Assembly (NCBI RefSeq): GCF_009914755.1
Contig: NC_060932.1
Strand: one strand, 5' to 3'
Origin: the human T2T-CHM13v2.0 reference genome, Homo sapiens
Length of the DNA: 64,000 bases
The position numbers and the translations under genes were made by a program. Of this stretch, positions 58,217 to 64,000 are shown in pieces (the stretch's first letter is position 1; every line of letters starts with the position of its first letter). The notes beneath the pieces were generated by a model. The model saw only the letters and a list, made by a program, of their open reading frames with translations, had not been told where the DNA came from and searched no databases.

Positions 58217-59574
58217 GAAGGGGACCACCATCCCACCCCCAGCTCAAGAGCAGCAGCTCAGAGATTTTGCTCTGGTCACAAGAACAGAGCTCTGTAGCTT
58301 TTATCAAGGAAACTGACTTCATTTAAAATTGAGTGTAGGGCTCTTCAAGTCTAAGGTTACTGTTAAGAAACAATGAAGAATTTTGTAGAAAGTTATTAAA
58401 AGGAAGCTGGTAGCTCCATGAGAACAGCAAGCTAAACTGAAGGCCAGCTATTTTACCAGAAAGAACTAAAGAAAGAGACAGATTTTTAAATGCCTCCAAG
58501 GGGTCAGAGCAAAACTAAAAAAATGTGCCTGTAAATGCTATCAGACCTCAGAGAAATGTGTGCCCTAGGGCATTGTTGAAAATACAGCAATTAGTCAGCT
58601 ATTAGTGCAGCCTAACAGCTATAGGTGATACCATCAGAAGTAGACAGCTAAATAGAAAGATCAGAGAAAGTAACCAAAAAAAAAAAAAAAAATCATGCTA
58701 ATACTACTGTAATCCCTGGAAACTGTCCATGCCCAAGGCTGCACCCTCTGAGTGATATCAGGGGCTTTCAATGTGAGCTGAGCAGTAGTATTTCCTGGTG
58801 TAAGGTAACAATTATGAGGAGGACGTCAAGAGGATCTGCAGAAACCCTGGTCCTGGCATTGGAGCATTGTTGAAGCAAAGCCAGTAGTCACCTATATGCA
58901 GACTTCTTGATATGTGAGGAAAAAAATCCCAACTTGGATATGCTCTTATAAATCAGATGCCATGCATCTTGCTTGTGCAACCATGATGATGAAGAATAAA
59001 ATGTGCAGGGTTTTGTTTTTCCAAACTTCATAGGACTCAGTTCCTAAATCACCTGGTGGCGAAAGGGAAGGTGGTAATGGAGTTTTAAAATGTAGATCCC
59101 TGGGCTTTGCTCTAAGACTTCTGATTTGGTGGTCCAAGGTGAGGTTCAGAAATCTGTATTTTTAATAAGAATCTCAGGGATTTGGGGGGTAAAAAAAGAT
59201 ACTTGGCTGGCAGTGTTCAGTTTCAAAAATTATGAGAATTTACATACCTTAATACAATTATCTTCCAAACTTCTTAGTTTTCATTAGATTCCTGTGTTGA
59301 GAAACTTCATTCAGTTATTTGGGGACATAAATATGCCCAGAATTTCAAGAGTTACATTTATGTGAAAAGATAAATTAAAATAATTTAATTAACAAATTCA
59401 TTATAACCACATTTATATTTCATTGTAATTTATAAACAATGACTCCGTTATATTCTGCAATGAGCACTCTAAGTAAGAAGTCATTCAACTCGGTAGCATA
59501 ATTAAAGAGTGGTACCTTAATTTTGTATTACTGTGGACACACAATGAGGTATTTATTCTATTCCTTGCTCTCAC

Positions 59575-59860
59575 CTTTCAATCTACTGCTTCTAGTTTAT
59601 ACCTCCTTTTTTGTCTGTTCACGATAAGAATTAGTAAATACTCTATTTGTGTTCTCTGCAATTTCAATGGCATGTTAAGTGTAACAAAAACATCCTTTAC
59701 TCCCAAGAGCTTAAATCCAAAGCTTTCCATTAAGAGAATGGTTGACTTCATTTGCTTCTGGGATACAGCAAGAAAGAATGTAGAGGGAAAATATAACTTT
59801 TTGGATGACACATCAGTCCTGTTTGAATCCTTCAAACTTAAACAGCCAAAAGAAATGTTC
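59575..59860 (-). pseudogene. Decayed exon with a WSC-like domain
   Basis: tttag| acceptor and strong donor AAG|GTGAGA. Frames ISFGCLSLKDSNRT...(FGFKLLGVK / ALGSKGCFCYT). Confidence 0.55.
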
Positions 59861-60099
59861 CTAAACTAAAGAACTATGAAGTACTAATTTTGGATTCTTG
59901 ACTGCCAGATTATCAAATAAGTCACTTTTAATCTATTTTAGTCCATTTAGAAAGATGAGGGCAATATCACATACTTCAAGGCATGGCTGTGGAATATATG
60001 AAAGTGTGGGTAAATAATTTGTGACTGAAAACTGCTAAGGATTATTTTAAGGGCTGTGCCTCAGAGAGCATCTGTCTGCACTGCCTGTGCCGCACTTGG

Positions 60100-60248
60100 G
60101 GTTGGGGAGGTCTGCAAAGGCGAGTCATTCCATTTAGCTTCTTCATGACTCATTGATCTAAGCTTTTAGACACTGCTTGAACTTCACATTTCTTAGAAGT
60201 GGTTAGAGCGAGTAGCAGACTGCTCACTGGGGACAATTTGGAATGCCC
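60100..60248 (-). pseudogene. Decayed exon, C-terminal half of a C-type lectin domain (3' limit uncertain)
   Basis: attgctttag| acceptor. KQC/KLRSMSHEEAKWNDSP with the hallmark WND at 60132-60124. Confidence 0.6.
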
Positions 60249-60332
60249 CTAAAGCAATATTAATGATGACATGCATTAGATATGTAGGGGAATCTGAAAG
60301 GTGAAAAATTATGGACCTATACGGTATATTAC

Positions 60333-60537
60333 CTCCAATGCTTCCAATTTTGCTCTGGGGTGGATTTTCTCTAAAAATATGTTATCCGAGTGACTGTTAA
60401 AAATTCCAATAGCAATAACTTGTCTGGCTGTGACTGTGAGTTTTCAGCATCTCTGCCAAGTTTTATGGTGAAGATTCTGCAAAGCAGTAGAAATCTGAAA
60501 TCTGGCACATACCCCAGACTCATACTGCTCAGGGGCT
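60333..60537 (-). pseudogene. Decayed exon, N-terminal half of a C-type lectin domain
   Basis: ttatttag| ... GGAG|GTAATA. With frameshifts it reads LGYVPDF/YCF/RIFT/KTW/RDAENSQSQPDKLLLL, i.e. the CTL C-Y...K-T-W-x-D-A-E motif at ~60464-60437. Confidence 0.6.
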
Positions 60538-60649
60538 CTAAATAATAAATGTTCTTTATCCAATGTTCATTCCAGGTACCCTTCCAGCAGGAGTGAGCAT
60601 CTTTGTTATAAAGCAGAAAAAAAGTGAAGATTTTGGAGACAGTTTGTGT

Positions 60650-62400
60650 GTTTTACTTTAGTTTCGTCTGAAAATGCAGCCTGAGAAGGGGTTTCAGGGT
60701 AGGTAGCTTATCTGAGATACAATCTCAGGACACAGAAGTCAGAAAGGGAGGGAGACAGAAAGACCACAGGAAGAAAAAACAATATATGTGTGTATTATTG
60801 CTTCTACTGCTAAAGGCAATTGGGCTCAGTTCATCTAGAACCTCTGAGAAATGAACAGAACACTTCCCAGAAACAGCCTCATGAAAATCAAGAGGCTGAA
60901 ACCGTTATCCACTGACATCTATCTCACATTGGTTGAAGGTCACTGTTAAGGGTATTAGCTTCAGGCTGTTCCTACACATGGGCCAAGCAAGTTCTGCAGG
61001 CATCTCTGAAAGCCCTGGAGCACAATGCGTTGATTCAGGCTATGCTTGGTGAGGTACAGCAAGGTGAGTCAGACCTTGTATTCCCCTGTCTACTGCAGGT
61101 GAGACTAAAAATGAGATAAGCCAACTGGCATCTACTAGAATCCAGCCCATCACCCTGTTCAGATTGTCTCATGTCTCTCATGGAGTCCATTCTGTCACTG
61201 CATTTTCAAGATGGTGACTGGCTACAATTTCTTTCAAAAAGCTTTATATAGGCAGGTTCAATAAATAAGAAATGGTCCCCCTTGCTGCAATTGGTATCAA
61301 GATCATAACTGAAATCTATCACTTTCTTTTCAACCATCCATTCTAAATTTCTCTCACTCACCCAGTACTCCTGCAGAACTAAGTTGCTTGCCTGGTAGCA
61401 TGTCTCATATCTTCAAGCCTGAGGGATCTGTCCTGGTTACCTTGCCATTTTTAAGCCATGGTTGCTACAATTGTCCATCCACAGTTTTCACCAGGCATAG
61501 AAACACAAAGGAACAACCCAGTGGATCCTGAAATTGTAGACATACTCTCCTCTTCGCTCCTGATGGCAATCAAATTGATGCTCAAAAATACATCCCATTT
61601 TTGTGCTGAAATAAAGAGTCCAAAATAAACAATCAGAGCTCCAGTTTGAGGGGAAATGTCCTTTCCCTGATGTCTTTTCCCTTGCCACTACTCCCTCTGC
61701 TCCCAGCACAGACCTTTAATCCAGTGGGCCTAAGATCTGTATTATACGTATTCTGAAGATGTGTTGCCGGCAGTGATGGGGTGGGAGGTAATTCTATCGG
61801 TATCTTTGTTGAATGCAGACATCTAATAATACCTATCCCAGGTCCCAAGGTGCCATTATTTCTTCCAAGGGCCCTTACCTTTAGCAAAGGATGCCTCTCA
61901 GAGATATACATTCAGTCTTCCTAGAGCCTTCACCCTTGTAACACAATCCTGGGTACATTTTTAGCATATTTTGCCCTGTGGCTGCTGGTGATACTTGATT
62001 GATGCCATGGAGTCCTTCTGGCTATAAGAAAATGCCCTGTGTTGATAGTCGAGAGGAATCAGGAAGCAGAGAAATTGAGACAAGATGGAAAGCCAATATA
62101 TTAAGAGTGTATTATGTAGAATACTATTGCAGGCAGTAGTAGCTCAGTTCCTCCAGGACTTCTAAGAATCATAGAAAATACTCCCAGAATTATCCAGTGA
62201 ATCTCTTCCCCTGATAGAGGTGTTAAATTTTTTGTAATTCCAGGCTGTGCAGGAGCACAGGCTGAAATGTGATCTGACTAAGTTAGATGAGGTCTTGTGA
62301 GAGAATGGAAAAAGATGCAAGGTACTTTAGTAGGTGGGATGCTGGCAGTACAAAGCAGGCTGAGCTTTACTGGAACTGTCCCCTACAATTAAAATTGAGA
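60650..62400 (-). mobile_element. Old ERVL/MaLR-class remnant (two LTR-like blocks with internal sequence)
   Basis: Similar blocks at ~60780-60880 and ~62090-62200 (gtgtattat..tact..gctcagttc..ctctgagaa/cttctaagaa..cccagaa) flank internal-like sequence. Confidence 0.5.
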
Positions 62401-63031
62401 TCAGAAGTATGTAGTCAATGTTATTGTGAAAAGAGCATGTAATGTGTGAGCTGTGATGCTCTTCGCCTGACTTAAGCCCTCCCCCTCCCCATGTTGAACA
62501 CTATCCTGCTAGTCACTCTGCTCAAAAACCACCCCATCAATGAGGTATCTGTGGAGGTGCTCAGAGAGCAGCCAGAGACCCACAGCATATTCTCCTGTAC
62601 TTTCATGTACTGGCCTGCAGATAACACTGATTGCATGTAAAAAAAAAAAAAAAAGGAAAAAAAGACCTGATGATTGCAGGTCTTATTGGAAACTTAGACC
62701 ACAAAGAGTAGAGAGGGGACCCTCCTCCTGCACCACTCCTCACAGTGCATATCTAAATCTGGCTGTACAGAACTTGATATTCTTCTCCAAAGACAGGAGG
62801 CAAGAAGTTGTGTTAAGCACTGGGCTTGGGGGATGACAGACCAGAGTTTAGATCCTGGGCCTTAACCTACTATGCATTCTTTGTCAAGTTAGGCAAAGTG
62901 TCCAATTTTTGACTGTCTCATCCTTAACAGGAGAATATCATCTCTCTTCACAGGCCTGTCAGAAGGATACTCTGCTGGTTTTATGTATTTCTATACATTA
63001 CATACAATAGGCAATGTGCTTTATACATTGC

Positions 63032-63241
63032 CTGGTGCATAGGAAATGCTCTGTAAATATCCCTGTGGATGAGAGCTTTTAGCCAGCTGGGACTTTGCCA
63101 TCTTCTCTATCTTCCCAGAATGCACCTCTGCCATGCATCCTTCACAGCCTCTGAATTGTCCTTGAATGTGCTTAGTCAGAGTTAATTGCCCAGTAATATT
63201 TGTGGACCAAATATAGTCTTATGTAAGACACTGCCAGATAT
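63032..63241 (-). pseudogene. Possible decayed exon
   Basis: attttctcaag| acceptor, 210 nt (phase 1-1), one stop: DIWQCLT*DYIWSTNITGQLTLTKHIQGQFRGCEGCMAEVHSG...; GC-type donor. Confidence 0.3.
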
Positions 63242-63694
63242 CTTGAGAAAATACAATGTCTTCTGCATTTCTCTTCATGTATCAGTCTAGGAACCCTGTT
63301 GAAGAAGAGTCACTTAAATCTTACATGGCTTACAATTAGAAGATACATGATATACCTTTCTAACTTTTCCCAAACATTTTGGTAAATCTCTTTCAACTCT
63401 TCCATAGATAGAATCTATAGTTAGTAGAATCAGACTGGTGGCCATCTATAATTTTTGGATATAAAGCTCATGCTGTTTCAGATCTTCAAAGAACCCTGTC
63501 CAAGGCAGGATTGATGTGCAAGAGATTTATTGAGGAAATGCCACAGAGCATAAGGGGTGGGGGAAGTGGGAGAAAAGAGCCTTCAGACTGTGATGCATGT
63601 GTGGTCTCTATGAGAGGAAGAGGAAAAGGAAGGTGAGGGTAGGAAGGGCTTCAGACTATAGTGCATATCTGAGATAGTCTCACCAAGCTGACAG

Positions 63695-64000
63695 TTTTAC
63701 TGAAACACCAGGGGTTTGGTCTAGGTCCCACAGCCTGCCTCACAGAAAGCCAATCGCTGAGACAATGAGTATTGCCAGAGGAGAAGATTTTAATTGGGTG
63801 CTGCAGCTGAGGAGATGGGAGATCAGTCTCAAATCCATCTCCCTGACCTAGTAAAATTAGGGGTTTATATGGTAGAGAAGAAATGTAATCATGTGTGGGA
63901 AAACAGGAATTAGGGAAAGATAAGAGAAAGTTGGTTAACAGGATGCAGATGGTCAGTTAGGGAATCATGAAGGGTGAGGAGTCTGGTGTCTCATTGCCCT
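63695..64000 (-). mobile_element. ERV1-class LTR (LOR1/MER4-group-like), runs off the window
   Basis: tactgaaacaccaggggtttggtctaggtcc...cagaaagccaatcgctgagac...gagatgggagatcagtctcaaatccatctccctgacc. Confidence 0.65.

Overview
AT-rich, repeat-dense primate (very probably human) genomic DNA with no intact protein-coding gene. Much of it is interspersed repeats: L1 of several ages including a near full-length L1PB, Alus, MaLR/ERV LTRs, Tigger3 and L2/MIR. It also carries a processed PLK1 pseudogene (minus strand, 9.0-10.9 kb), a TSD-flanked tailless 5S rRNA fragment, a complex templated duplication/inversion (6.5-11.8 kb) and a small NRF1/ETS CpG-rich promoter-like patch (45.8 kb). Main observation: many of the non-repeat islands read, all on the minus strand, as splice-site-bounded, stop- and frameshift-riddled exons. 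My manual translations show C-type lectin (KTW-RDAENS, KWND), WSC-like (AAGLFSCKGCYC) and PKD-like (YYYPGSHTLLLT) motifs in a coherent order. This suggests a dead multi-exon polycystin-1-like gene spanning the window. Domain and repeat-subfamily calls are by eye and memory, not by database search, and boundaries of old repeats are approximate.
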